64,000 nucleotides of DNA from an uncultured Nitrospinaceae bacterium (GCA_964005815.1 CAXFSR010000017.1:128001-192000); one strand, 5' to 3'; positions 19,831 to 30,168 are shown, numbered from the stretch's first letter. Numbers and translations: made by a program. The notes: generated by a model from the letters alone, not told the origin.

Positions 19831-22455
19831 TTACAACAAAGAGTATGGATCTATATCTACAACTAATCTCACGTCTTTGGATAGTTTTTTATTTTCAAAA
19901 TATTTTTGTTTAAAATTTTGTACAAGCAGATTTAATTTTTCGTGAGAGGAGGATTTTATTAGTATATGATATCTCCAATTTTTTCTTATCTTAGCAAACA
20001 CAGCCGGAGCTGGCCCCAAAAAAACCAGACTATCATTATTACTTTTGAACCTATCTCGTTTTAATCCCATTTCAATCAAAAAATTCGATGCCCAAACTCC
20101 TGCTTTCGCAGCAAATTCTTCATTCTCTGATTCAAACCTGAATCTTAAAATATTTTTAAATGGAGGGAATCCCAATAACTTTCTAGAAACTATCTCCTTA
20201 TCATAAAATGCGTTGTAATCATGATTTTTTGCATAATTAATTACATAATTATCTGGCCTAAATGTCTGAACAATTACTTCGCCGGCAACACGATCTCTTC
20301 CTGCACGCCCTGAAACTTGAGTAAGAAGTTGAAAGGTTCTTTCTCCGGCTCTAAAATCTGGAAGATTCAATCCTACATCTGCAACGAGAACACCAACCAG
20401 AGTAAGATCGGGAAAATCATGACCTTTGCTAACCATTTGGGTTCCTATTAGGATATCGATTTCTTTTTTTCTCATCGCAGAAAGTATTTCTTCGTAATCT
20501 TGAGCTGTTCTAACTGAATCTCTATCAAACCTCTTTATTTTTGCTTTATGAAAACGTGCACGTAATGACTCTTCAACGCGTTCGGTCCCTATTCCCATAT
20601 ATGCAATTTCTTTACTCCCACAATGACAACTTTCAGGAAGACTAGTACGAAAATCACACATATGACATCTAAGTTCATCACCTCCATCACGATGAAATGT
20701 CAAAGATGTTGAACAATTTTTACACTGAACACTCTCTCCACATTGTCTGCATAGAACCAAAGAGGAAAAACCTCTTCTGTTGAGGAAAAGTAATGTCTGT
20801 TCTCCTCGTTCAAGTCGTTCATAAATCGATTCGGATAATCTTTTACTTATCAAAACTGGAGTTTTTGGATCGCCTACGCTCTCTTTTCTTAAATCAACAA
20901 TTTCTACTTTAGGCAATTTTTGGCCACTTGGACGTGAGGATAATTTCTTTAATTCATAATTGCCTTTTTCGGTATTATGGAAACTTTCAAAAGATGGAGT
21001 TGCCGAACCTAAAATGATTGGAATTCCTATTTTTTTAGCTCGATATACCGCAATATCTCTTGCATTATATCTTGGAGATTCTTCTTGTTTATAAGAAGAA
21101 TCATGTTCCTCATCCATAACTATCAAACCTAAATCACTTAGTGGAGCAAAGACAGCAGATCTTGTACCTATAACAACTTTTGCTTTCGAATTTCGGATCT
21201 TCAACCATTCTTCGGTTCTCTTTTTCTCAGAAAAAGCACTATGGAGACAAGCGATCTGATTTCCGAATCGTCTCCGAAATCTGTCTAAAAGTTGTGGAGT
21301 CAATCCTATTTCAGGCACAAGGATAAGAGCAGTTCTTTTCTGTTCTAATACACACTTAACCAAATGAAGATATACCTCAGTTTTCCCACTACCAGTAATA
21401 CCATGTAATAGTGTTACAGAATGTTTTTTGTTTTGAATATCATTTGCGATAGATAATACAACTTCATTCTGTTCTTTTGTGAGATTTAATTCCTCAAAAA
21501 TAAAGTCTTTTTCACCAGGTATTTCTTTCTCAATTTGAACACTTTCAAAATACTCAACAATCTTTTTTTCAAACAAACGAGTACACACTGAACGAGCACC
21601 AACAAATTCAGATTCAAGTTCAGAAATAGAAACCGTTCCTTTTCTGATAATTTCGCGAACTATTTGAACTTGACGGAAAGCTCTCTTGTCAAAAGAATCA
21701 AGAATTTTTTTATCTAATCCTTCCTTTAATCTTACAAACAAAATCTTTCTCTCAAGAGTTCCCAAAGAATCTTTTTTAAACTCCTGAATCAGATCGAAAT
21801 TCAGAAGACTTCTAATTTGACTACTTACTTTCTTTTCAAAATTTTTTCCTTTTTCTAAAAATTCGTTTTTCTCTTTTTTTAGTTCACTCAACAAAGAATT
21901 CAAAGAATAAGGTTTAGAGTGAAGCAAAAAAATGATCTTTTCTCTCAGAGAAAGTTTTGGAGATAAGCCCGGGAGATGTTGAGTATTTTTAAGTTCCAGT
22001 AAAAAATCTACACCTTTAGACGTGAGTTGAAAAAATTTCCTACTTTTTGACTCTCTTAAGCCAGGGAGAGCGGCACGTATCATTTCGCCCCATTCACAAT
22101 GATAATAAAAAGAAGCCCACCTTGTGAGAACTAGCAATTCATCAGTCAAAACTGCTTCCTCATCTAAAATATCTAAAACATCCCGGATCTTTTCATTTCG
22201 AATTTCTGAAGAATGACTTTTCTTCATTCCACTCACAACATAACCCGTAAGATTTCGGCTTCCAAAAGGAACCTTGACTCTGTAACCAGGAGTAATCATA
22301 GAAAATTTATCAATATCAATACGATATGTGAAAGGACCTCGAAGAGATACATTCAGAGCTACCTCTACAAATGCAGAATTTTTATCTTTGAAATGATTAG
22401 ACTCTAATTTTAATGGCCTTCTGTTTGTCAAGAATCCTCCGTACGTTTTTTGCAT
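19831..22455 (-). CDS. priA: Primosomal protein N'
   Basis: GITGSGKTEVY, DEEHD, SATP, four CxxC zinc knuckles and QVSGRAGR. True start may be somewhat downstream. Confidence 0.96.
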   Translation of the reverse strand: MQKTYGGFLTNRRPLKLESNHFKDKNSAFVEVALNVSLRGPFTYRIDIDKFSMITPGYRVKVPFGSRNLTGYVVSGMKKSHSSEIRNEKIRDVLDILDEEAVLTDELLVLTRWASFYYHCEWGEMIRAALPGLRESKSRKFFQLTSKGVDFLLELKNTQHLPGLSPKLSLREKIIFLLHSKPYSLNSLLSELKKEKNEFLEKGKNFEKKVSSQIRSLLNFDLIQEFKKDSLGTLERKILFVRLKEGLDKKILDSFDKRAFRQVQIVREIIRKGTVSISELESEFVGARSVCTRLFEKKIVEYFESVQIEKEIPGEKDFIFEELNLTKEQNEVVLSIANDIQNKKHSVTLLHGITGSGKTEVYLHLVKCVLEQKRTALILVPEIGLTPQLLDRFRRRFGNQIACLHSAFSEKKRTEEWLKIRNSKAKVVIGTRSAVFAPLSDLGLIVMDEEHDSSYKQEESPRYNARDIAVYRAKKIGIPIILGSATPSFESFHNTEKGNYELKKLSSRPSGQKLPKVEIVDLRKESVGDPKTPVLISKRLSESIYERLERGEQTLLFLNRRGFSSLVLCRQCGESVQCKNCSTSLTFHRDGGDELRCHMCDFRTSLPESCHCGSKEIAYMGIGTERVEESLRARFHKAKIKRFDRDSVRTAQDYEEILSAMRKKEIDILIGTQMVSKGHDFPDLTLVGVLVADVGLNLPDFRAGERTFQLLTQVSGRAGRDRVAGEVIVQTFRPDNYVINYAKNHDYNAFYDKEIVSRKLLGFPPFKNILRFRFESENEEFAAKAGVWASNFLIEMGLKRDRFKSNNDSLVFLGPAPAVFAKIRKNWRYHILIKSSSHEKLNLLVQNFKQKYFENKKLSKDVRLVVDIDPYSLL

Positions 22456-22612
22456 TATATAAAATCGTAAAAATCTTATCTATCGAAAAAAATACCAATA
22501 ATATGCATTTAATATCTTATAGATATTACGACCGACAAACTACATTGACCGATATAAACTCTTCCTATAACTTATTCTAATATTTCATTATTCTTATAGA
22601 GGAGGTGAACTA

Positions 22613-22945
22613 ATGAAAAGTGCTTTAGAAATTGCGATGCAAAAAACTGCTTCTATTGGACAAAAAGCACGAGAAGAACTAGAAAAATTAAGTGCTGAGG
22701 ACAGGAAAATTATTGAAGAAATAAAGAAAAAATATGAAGCAAAAATTGCAGAAAAAGATGTTTTTTTTCAACAGGAAACAGCTAAAATCAATTCTGCTAT
22801 TCCTATCGGAACTCCACCAGAACAAATTCCACCAGAAATCAATCAAGCTTTATCGCAACTGAGGGAAAAATTTAACGAAGACCGCTCATCCTTAGAAGAA
22901 GAATGTGAAAAAGAAATAGATGCTATAAAAAAGAAAAATTCCTAA
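22613..22945 (+). CDS. Hypothetical coiled-coil protein (MKSALEIAM N-terminus)
   Basis: GGAGG RBS; charged, helical sequence. Confidence 0.75.
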   Translation: MKSALEIAMQKTASIGQKAREELEKLSAEDRKIIEEIKKKYEAKIAEKDVFFQQETAKINSAIPIGTPPEQIPPEINQALSQLREKFNEDRSSLEEECEKEIDAIKKKNS

Positions 22946-23721
22946 ATATTAGATACACTCTGACATCCATCTACATTCCAACATGCGCCATGTACTAAAC
23001 TCGCTTTGGGACTAACCATAAAAGCAGCAACTGAAGCAATCTCCTCTGGCCTTCCAAAACGTTTCAGAGGAAGATCACTGTCTATAAAAGTTTTCAACCC
23101 GTCATCAGATGACAATACTTTTTTTTCCCATCCTCCACCCTTAAAAATCACACTACCGGGAGCTATACAATTTACTCTAATGTTATCGTCCGCAGTTTCA
23201 AAAGCTAGAGCTTTTGAAAAAGATATTAATGCAGCCTTCGATGCATTATAGGTCATTGAACCCCTACTCTCTCGCCCGTAAATAGAAGCAACATTCAATA
23301 TTGAACCGCCATCTCCTTTCTTCATCTCAGAAATAGCAAATCTAGAACACTTCACAGCTTGATATAGATTTAGTTGAAATGCATTATCCCAATTTTCATC
23401 TGAAATCTCTTCAATACCACCAGGAATACTTCCTCCTACATTATTTATTAAAATATCTAAACCTTTAAATTTTTCTATAGCAAATGTGATAAATTTTTTC
23501 GGAATATTTGACTTGGTCAAATCACCCTGAAACGAAAGGATTTGGCGTCCTTTCTGAACGACAGAACCCAATTCTTGGCAAGTTTTAGAAAGATTTTCTG
23601 AATTTCTTCCACCAATAACAACATTACAGCCTTCGGACAAGAGAACTTTAGAAATTGCGGCACCGATGCCTTTACTCCCACCTGAAACTAGAGCAACTTT
23701 GCCATCGAGCATCAAATCCAT
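22942..23721 (-). CDS. SDR-family oxidoreductase
   Basis: SGGSKGIG, NNVGG and YNASK motifs. Confidence 0.92.
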   Translation of the reverse strand: MDLMLDGKVALVSGGSKGIGAAISKVLLSEGCNVVIGGRNSENLSKTCQELGSVVQKGRQILSFQGDLTKSNIPKKFITFAIEKFKGLDILINNVGGSIPGGIEEISDENWDNAFQLNLYQAVKCSRFAISEMKKGDGGSILNVASIYGRESRGSMTYNASKAALISFSKALAFETADDNIRVNCIAPGSVIFKGGGWEKKVLSSDDGLKTFIDSDLPLKRFGRPEEIASVAAFMVSPKASLVHGACWNVDGCQSVSNI

Positions 23722-23755
23722 CTTATCCTCCAGAAATCAACTACTCTCTTCAGAA

Positions 23756-24946
23756 CTATGCGGGATTCTCCAAGGTTTGAGCAATGCGTAGCAATGTCAA
23801 AGAATCTGTGCCATCTCCATGGAGAAATGTCAGAAGATCTCGAAACATCTTCTCTGTAGGAGTATCTTTCATCACACCAATTCCACCAAGGATATCCGTA
23901 GCTAAAGCTATTGTTTTCAAAGCTACTTGATCACTAAAAACTTTTCCATTTCTAGTAAAACGTGGATTGAAGCTATCATCTTCCTCAACTCCCCAGCAAA
24001 TTCGCCACATAAACTGTTCTGCAACTTCTATATTCATTAACATTTCAGATAACATCATTTGTACAGTTTGATGCTCAATAATTGGTTTTCCCCCTTGTAT
24101 TCTTTCTTTTGCATGTGCATAACAGTAATCATAAATTCCCCTACAAATTCCCGTATTACATGCAATTAATTCTGCGCTACCTCGAAAAATAGTAGAGAAA
24201 GTCTGAAATCCTCCGTTTACCTCACCAAGAATATCATCCTGATGCACTCTCACATTATCAAAAAAACTCTCTGCGTTTGGATACAATCTATAACCCATTT
24301 TATCGTGGACTCTCCCGTAAGTAATACCTTCTTGTTCCCCATGCACTAAGAAACAAGTACTTCCTTCACTAACAGAAACATTAGGATCTGTTCTTGCAAA
24401 AACAAGAAGAATCTTTGACCAAGAAGTTAAGGATGTAAAACGTTTTGCCCCATTAATTACCCAGTAATCGCCATCTTTTACAGCAGAGGTTTTTAATCCC
24501 AATTCAGGACCAGGCTGACGATAAATGTTGTCTGAACCATAGTCTGGTTCTGTAAGTAAGAAAGACCCTACACAATCATCATCTTCAACAAACATTTTTC
24601 CCCATTTATCAAGTTGTTCTTTAGTTCCTCTTTTAAATAAAGCTGTAGCAAGTTTCCAACATTGACTTATACATTTAATCACACCAATTTCTATTTGTGC
24701 CCCTGTCCATAAAACCAGTGTTCTTGTCAGAAGATCAGAACCAGATCCTCCATATTCTTCAGGGACAGCTAAAGTTCTTAGACCAAGTTTCGAAGCCTTA
24801 TTTATAAGTTCGGCAGGATAACAATCTTTTGGATCGGGACGCCGATCCATTTCAGCAGCCACTGGTAAAACTTCACGCTCCATAAAATCTTTTGTAAGAT
24901 CAGAAAGTGCCTTTTGTTCATCTGTAAAGGGATACTGCATATGCAC
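23756..24946 (-). CDS. Acyl-CoA dehydrogenase family protein
   Basis: LTEPDYGSD, WVINGAKRFT, RIQGGKPIIEHQ and ILGGIG motifs. Confidence 0.92.
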   Translation of the reverse strand: MHMQYPFTDEQKALSDLTKDFMEREVLPVAAEMDRRPDPKDCYPAELINKASKLGLRTLAVPEEYGGSGSDLLTRTLVLWTGAQIEIGVIKCISQCWKLATALFKRGTKEQLDKWGKMFVEDDDCVGSFLLTEPDYGSDNIYRQPGPELGLKTSAVKDGDYWVINGAKRFTSLTSWSKILLVFARTDPNVSVSEGSTCFLVHGEQEGITYGRVHDKMGYRLYPNAESFFDNVRVHQDDILGEVNGGFQTFSTIFRGSAELIACNTGICRGIYDYCYAHAKERIQGGKPIIEHQTVQMMLSEMLMNIEVAEQFMWRICWGVEEDDSFNPRFTRNGKVFSDQVALKTIALATDILGGIGVMKDTPTEKMFRDLLTFLHGDGTDSLTLLRIAQTLENPA

Positions 24947-25056
24947 CTCAAATAAAATTAATATCCGTGTATAATTTTAACCATATAATTTATTTGAATT
25001 GTTTCTCTACTTTATGTCAAACGATTTGAAAACTATTTAACTAAATTTTGCTTTCT

Positions 25057-25884
25057 CTAAGATTCTTCCAACAAAGACTCCAGTCTTTCAATTGAATCTT
25101 TGTCCAATTTTTTTTCGTTAGAACAGTAAGTGTTCTCAACAATTCTCTCTATTTTGCTAGTCGCAGGAATAATAGTAGAAATGTTTGAGTCTGAGAGAAG
25201 ATATTTTAATAATGCTTGTCCAGGAGTGGTAACTCCATACTCTTTCAAAAAACTAAGATCCTTGTTGCAAAGTTTTTTAATTAAAGTTCCTCTCGCATAA
25301 ATTGGAGAAATTGGTGTCATCACGATAACTCCAAGATTTAAATCTCTAACAATTGGAAACAACATTTCTTTGCAGGTCTTCTCCCCCAAATAATAGGGAA
25401 TCTGTACCGTATCAAAAACCCCAGTTTTCAGAGCAGTTAAAACTTCTGAATAATTGGAAATACGATAATCCGTAACACCTAAAAATCGAACCTTGCCTTC
25501 TTTCCTAAATTCTTCAAGCACGGGAGCAACTTGCCTCCATGAAGACATATTATGGATTTGCATTAGATCTATAGTATCGACCTGCAATCTCTTCAATGTT
25601 CTCTCTATACTTTCTTTTGCATCCCTAGGATTTGATTCCAGTACTTTGCTTGCATAAATACATTTATTATCAATAAGATACAATGCATTACCTAATACTT
25701 CTTCTGAGCATCCATACATAGGAGCAGTATCAAAAAAATTTACCCCACAATTCACTGCTTTCTCTACTAATGCATCGCAATGCAATTGACCTTCAGAAGA
25801 TTTTACATCGAGATTCTTGTACGTCCCCAATCCTATCTCGCTGACTAACAAATCAGTTCGACCTAATTTTCTAAATTGCATCAA
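25057..25884 (-). CDS. Aldo/keto reductase
   Basis: LGRTDLLVSEIGLGT, FDTAPMYG and IDLMQIHN motifs. Confidence 0.92.
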   Translation of the reverse strand: MMQFRKLGRTDLLVSEIGLGTYKNLDVKSSEGQLHCDALVEKAVNCGVNFFDTAPMYGCSEEVLGNALYLIDNKCIYASKVLESNPRDAKESIERTLKRLQVDTIDLMQIHNMSSWRQVAPVLEEFRKEGKVRFLGVTDYRISNYSEVLTALKTGVFDTVQIPYYLGEKTCKEMLFPIVRDLNLGVIVMTPISPIYARGTLIKKLCNKDLSFLKEYGVTTPGQALLKYLLSDSNISTIIPATSKIERIVENTYCSNEKKLDKDSIERLESLLEES

Positions 25885-25914
25885 TTTTCCCTATTAAGTT
25901 AAATTTCATAATTT

Positions 25915-26598
25915 TCAAAGTAAACCTTCCCTTACTATTCTTCTAAAACCTTCATAAACATCCTCTCCATATGCAACTGGTGCATGAACTTCAGTTAATT
26001 TTCCGTTTTCAATTTTTTTATCTGACGCATAAGGATTGTGAACAACTTTCCCATTTGGGAAAATCAAAGTTGGACTTGTCATAGGAATGTTATTTTTATC
26101 TCTTAGATTCATGGAATCGTTGTAATCTTGCATTACTGCTTTTTCAAATTTTCTACGCTCTAAATCATTTCGAATTTTATCCACTTCCAAATTCGACTCA
26201 GACGCGATTTCACAAAGCACATCATTCTTATCTATCCTCCTACCTTCATAAAAGAAAGCGCGCCTTAATTTTAAATCAAAGTTTCTAGATTTTACCGGAG
26301 ATTGAAGAAAAGCACTTTTGTATGCTTCATAAGCAAGTAAAGTCGTACTTAAATATTCCTCATGTGGCCATGCTATGCAAGGAGCAAGTGGTTCTTGTAC
26401 TGCAACCAAAGGCCACTCCTGATCGACAATATGTCTTGGAGCAGGTCTTTTGTTAATTATTTCTAAAGGAAAAGCTCTCCATGAAAGATTAACTAGTTCT
26501 TCAAACTCTTCCCAGACATGATCCAACCGCGCCGCGGCAAGATAAGCCCATGGTCAATGATATTCATGAAAAATTTCAATTGTCTTTTTTTCTTTCAT
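25915..26598 (-). CDS. DsbA-family thioredoxin-fold selenoprotein (UPWA motif), 227 aa
   Basis: GAGGA RBS and ATG at 26598 give MKEKKTIEIFHEYH-TGA(26554-26556)-PWAYLAAARLDHVWEEF, in frame with ORF 25915-26526. WRAFPLE, LRRAFF and TSPTLIFPNG motifs follow. Confidence 0.88.
26521..26543 (-). promoter_or_regulatory. Putative bacterial SECIS element
   Basis: Minus strand ATCT-T-GCCGC-GGC-GCGGT-T-GGAT, a GC-rich hairpin in AT-rich context; the loop G lies 20 nt after the TGA. Confidence 0.75.
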
Positions 26599-26716
26599 TA
26601 TTCACATCCTCTACTTGAAGTTGTGCCTTTCCTTTATAATACTTTGGCAACATAAATATTGAAAATAATTTTCTCATATATAAAAATAAAATTGTAACAT
26701 ACAAAAAAACTTTCAA

Positions 26717-27148
26717 ATGAAGGCGAAAATGACATATACAAATCCCGACAAACTAACAATTTCTAACATCCTAGAACAAACCAATACGATTGCGATTGTT
26801 GGTCTATCTAATAAAGAATACAGAACTAGTTATAAGATTGGAGAATTTCTACAAAACAATAACTTTACTATTATTCCGGTCAATCCTAATATTGAAGAAT
26901 CCTTAGGGGTCAAAGCGTATAAGTCACTTCTGGAAATAAAAGAAGAAATTGATATGATAAATATTTTCAGAAGAAGTCACGAAATCTCAAAAATAACAAA
27001 CCAAACTTTAAAAATGAAACATTTACCTAAATTCTTTTGGATGCAAGAAGGTATTTATGACCCTACTAGCAGAGATAAACTTACTGGAAAAGGGATAACG
27101 ACAATCCAAGATCTTTGTATAAAAAAAGTATATGAAGAAATCTTTTAA
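26717..27148 (+). CDS. CoA-binding protein (YccU-like)
   Basis: IAIVGLS, IIPVNP, DMINIFRRS, WMQEG and DLCIK motifs. Confidence 0.88.
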   Translation: MKAKMTYTNPDKLTISNILEQTNTIAIVGLSNKEYRTSYKIGEFLQNNNFTIIPVNPNIEESLGVKAYKSLLEIKEEIDMINIFRRSHEISKITNQTLKMKHLPKFFWMQEGIYDPTSRDKLTGKGITTIQDLCIKKVYEEIF

Positions 27149-27167
27149 ATAAGAAGAGCTAAAAGAC

Positions 27168-27989
27168 TTGCGTAAAAAAATATCCTTAACCTTTATAATC
27201 CTATTTATAGCAGGAATCCTTATGATCAGTTTTTTTGAGAAAATTGAAAACTTTTTCCTGTATCATCCCCGTCAATTATTAGACTCAAGTCCAGAAGGGT
27301 TAGGTATTAAATATGAGAATGTAAAATTTACCGCAAAAGATAATACCAAATTACATGGGTGGTTCTTTCCTCCTAATTCTTCTGATAACCCAGTAATACT
27401 TTGGGCTCATGGAAATGCAGGAAATATTTCACATAGAATAGAAAACATTCTTCTTATGCGTAAATTTTTGGGTGTGGGCATCTTTATTTTTGATTATAGA
27501 GGATATGGATTAAGCGAAGGGAAACCAAATGAAAAAGGTCTCTACTCAGACATGGAAGGTGCATATCTTTGGCTTGCAAATAGAATCTCTGAAAACCGTA
27601 TCGTTATATTTGGAAGATCTCTTGGTGCAGCAGTAGCTACAAAGTTATCTATAGAAAAAACCTCGTCACAATCTTTAATTTTAGAATCTCCATTTGAGAA
27701 TACAATTGAGATGGGGAAAAGGATCTTCCCTTTCCTTCCCTTGGGATGGCTTATAAAACAAAAATATGACACTAAAGCAATTATTCACTCAGTCAAAATT
27801 CCATTACTTATTCTTCATGGAGATAAAGATACAATCGTTCCATTCCAACAAGGGAAAAATCTTTTCGACTTTGCCTCTGGACCCAAGCAATTCTTTAAAA
27901 TCAAAGGAGCCGGCCACAATGACACATATAGTATTGGCGGAACATTTTACTGGGAAACCTGGAAAAAATTTCTTCAAAAGTATAATTAA
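27168..27989 (+). CDS. Alpha/beta hydrolase (ABHD13/17-like), membrane-anchored
   Basis: HGNAGNIS, FDYRGYGLSEG, GRSLG, HGDKD and GAGHND motifs. Confidence 0.9.
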   Translation: MRKKISLTFIILFIAGILMISFFEKIENFFLYHPRQLLDSSPEGLGIKYENVKFTAKDNTKLHGWFFPPNSSDNPVILWAHGNAGNISHRIENILLMRKFLGVGIFIFDYRGYGLSEGKPNEKGLYSDMEGAYLWLANRISENRIVIFGRSLGAAVATKLSIEKTSSQSLILESPFENTIEMGKRIFPFLPLGWLIKQKYDTKAIIHSVKIPLLILHGDKDTIVPFQQGKNLFDFASGPKQFFKIKGAGHNDTYSIGGTFYWETWKKFLQKYN

Positions 27990-28333
27990 TCAGGGGTAGC
28001 TGCGATTTTATTTAGGGTCTCATTCCCTGGCGAAAATATTTCCTCAATTACAAGATCTCCATTTCCAACATTTTCCGTAGCATGCTCTTTATCTGGAGGA
28101 AAAACTACTACTCCTCCTCGGGATAGCACTACTTCTTTATCTCCAAAAAAGAATTTCGCTTTGCCTTCCAAAACAATACTTATTTGTTCTTGGTGATGTG
28201 CATGTGGATTATAGACTTTTCCTCCAGCACGTATTCTTTGACGTAAGACTGTTATTCTTTCACCAGCAATAACACTTTGTATCCTATCTCCTTTATCGTG
28301 TGGAACAATTTCGTCCCAATGGTACGAATCCAT
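27986..28333 (-). CDS. Cupin domain protein
   Basis: PHAHHQEQISIVLEG...FPPDKEH motif. Confidence 0.88.
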   Translation of the reverse strand: MDSYHWDEIVPHDKGDRIQSVIAGERITVLRQRIRAGGKVYNPHAHHQEQISIVLEGKAKFFFGDKEVVLSRGGVVVFPPDKEHATENVGNGDLVIEEIFSPGNETLNKIAATPD

Positions 28334-28401
28334 TTTATATCCTCCAATATTAAATAAATAGAAAAATTGATTCTTTTATTATTTTCTCTTACATTATCAG
28401 T

Positions 28402-28665
28402 ATGGAAAATAATGAAAATACATTCAAACTCCCAGTTGAAAAATCAAAGAACCGGAGATTGATCGGTTATCTTATTTTATGGACATTCATGTTCAATATA
28501 ATTTTCGCTGTTCTTGGCGGATTTCTATTGAGCGGTCCTTTTTCTTACTTAACCAGATTCCAATTTGGAATTTTATTATGGTTTGGGATTTTATTTTTGG
28601 GTTCTATTCTTCTTGCATTTCCAATTATTGGACTTCTAGTTCTTAAAATATCAAAAAATGCTTAA
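28402..28665 (+). CDS. Small hypothetical membrane protein
   Basis: Two hydrophobic stretches. Confidence 0.65.
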   Translation: MENNENTFKLPVEKSKNRRLIGYLILWTFMFNIIFAVLGGFLLSGPFSYLTRFQFGILLWFGILFLGSILLAFPIIGLLVLKISKNA

Positions 28666-28672
28666 GGTTGAA

Positions 28673-29782
28673 TTATTTTAAGTGTTTGCTAAGTTCTTCT
28701 ACTGGAACAGGAAGTTTTACTGGTTCTTGAATCTTTGCAGAAAGATCCATTGCAAGACATAACATTAGATTTTCATGACCCTCGGAAGCAGTCGTATGAG
28801 GAGTTTCTTCTCCTAAACAGATTCTATCATGCCACGACTTAGTTTCTTCTCGCATCGGCCCCCATAACTGATCAAAAACATAATCGCCTGGTGGATAACT
28901 ACCTAAGAAACTGACATGTTTACCTTCTCCGGGTCTGTGAGTAGGATGTGGTTTTTCCGTAGCTAAAACAAGGTCTCGATGCGAATCATCAATAGTGAGC
29001 ACTCCTTCCGTTCCCACAATTCCTATATCCATCGTATACACTTCCCCTGGCCACACCTTAGCAAGCGACCAACAAACCGACATGCTTAACATACTTCCAT
29101 CATCGTACGTTACAATTGAAAAAGTCGAATCTTTTGTTCCAAACTCTTCCAATTCACCAACATTAGACTTCGCATATACTTCTACAGGTTTTTTTTCTGA
29201 CATAAACCATTGACATAGATCCATAGAATGAGTCCCAGAAATTACCATGGGAGTTAGACGATGTGGAAATTCGGATTTTAAAGAATTTACCCTGGGATTA
29301 AAACTATTCAGAAAAGCTCTCACTACTACAGAAGTTACATCACCCATCTGTCCACTTGCAATTCTATTCTTTGTTTCCATAAATCTTCTTCGAAAACGCT
29401 GTGAATAACCTAAAACTGCATCAATCTTTGCATCTTCAATCGCATACACTAATTTTTCTGACTCATCAGGACTGGTAGCCAATGGTTTTTCAATAAAAAG
29501 CGAGTGGCCATGTTCAATAGCACCAAGGACTGGACCCATTCGTTCACTTGCAAACGTGGAAATAACAACGGCATCCACTTCACTTCTAGACAATAATTCC
29601 TTGTAATCCTGGGTGAAGAAATCTGCCTGTATATCTTCACTTAATTTTTCCCCAACTTTTCTATCAATATCACAAAGACCTATCCATTCAATCGCCGCGT
29701 TTTTTCTTGCAAACTCAGCCCGTATTCTACCGATTTTACCGCACCCCACTATTGCCAAACCTACCGAACGTCCTCTACTCAT
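28673..29782 (-). CDS. Gfo/Idh/MocA-family oxidoreductase (paralog of 3669-4793)
   Basis: IVGCGKIGRIRAEFA, IEKPLA and LWGPMREET motifs; ATG at 29782 follows GGAG. Confidence 0.9.
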   Translation of the reverse strand: MSRGRSVGLAIVGCGKIGRIRAEFARKNAAIEWIGLCDIDRKVGEKLSEDIQADFFTQDYKELLSRSEVDAVVISTFASERMGPVLGAIEHGHSLFIEKPLATSPDESEKLVYAIEDAKIDAVLGYSQRFRRRFMETKNRIASGQMGDVTSVVVRAFLNSFNPRVNSLKSEFPHRLTPMVISGTHSMDLCQWFMSEKKPVEVYAKSNVGELEEFGTKDSTFSIVTYDDGSMLSMSVCWSLAKVWPGEVYTMDIGIVGTEGVLTIDDSHRDLVLATEKPHPTHRPGEGKHVSFLGSYPPGDYVFDQLWGPMREETKSWHDRICLGEETPHTTASEGHENLMLCLAMDLSAKIQEPVKLPVPVEELSKHLK

Positions 29783-29891
29783 TATCACTCCAGAATGCAA
29801 AATTTATTTGTTATCTCAATAACCATAAATGAATTTGATATAAAAAAACAATAAAAATCAAAAAATATAAAACATTAAAAACAACTGTCCC

Positions 29892-29921
29892 TTGACAAAG
29901 AAAACGTTTCATTAATATAAG
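29892..29921 (+). promoter_or_regulatory. Sigma70-like promoter upstream of tRNA-Asn
   Basis: TTGACA (29892-29897), an 18-nt spacer, then TATAAG (29916-29921), with AT-rich sequence upstream. Confidence 0.55.
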
Positions 29922-29975
29922 TTCTACTGTTTCATTCTTTGATTTAAATTTGGAAACTGATAGAATAAAAATTAT

Positions 29976-30050
<75 letters not shown>

Positions 30051-30168
30051 TTTTTGACTCCGCTCTATATATTTAAATTGATTCTCATTCACAATCTTTC
30101 TAATCAATCGTCCTTCTAATTAATTAGAAATCATTTTCTCACTAATTGAAATTGACTGGAGGTAATCT

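Noticed and set aside
13781..26556. Alternative genetic code (UGA = Trp or Gly) as the explanation for in-frame TGAs
   Set aside because: TGA ends several normal-length genes in the window, TGG is used for Trp, and all three internal TGAs fall at Cys positions with downstream hairpins.
13730..26598. Calling the three TGA-containing genes pseudogenes
   Set aside because: Three independent nonsense changes all hitting the active-site Cys, with otherwise intact frames and RBS, is much less parsimonious than Sec. It cannot be formally excluded without seeing selABCD.
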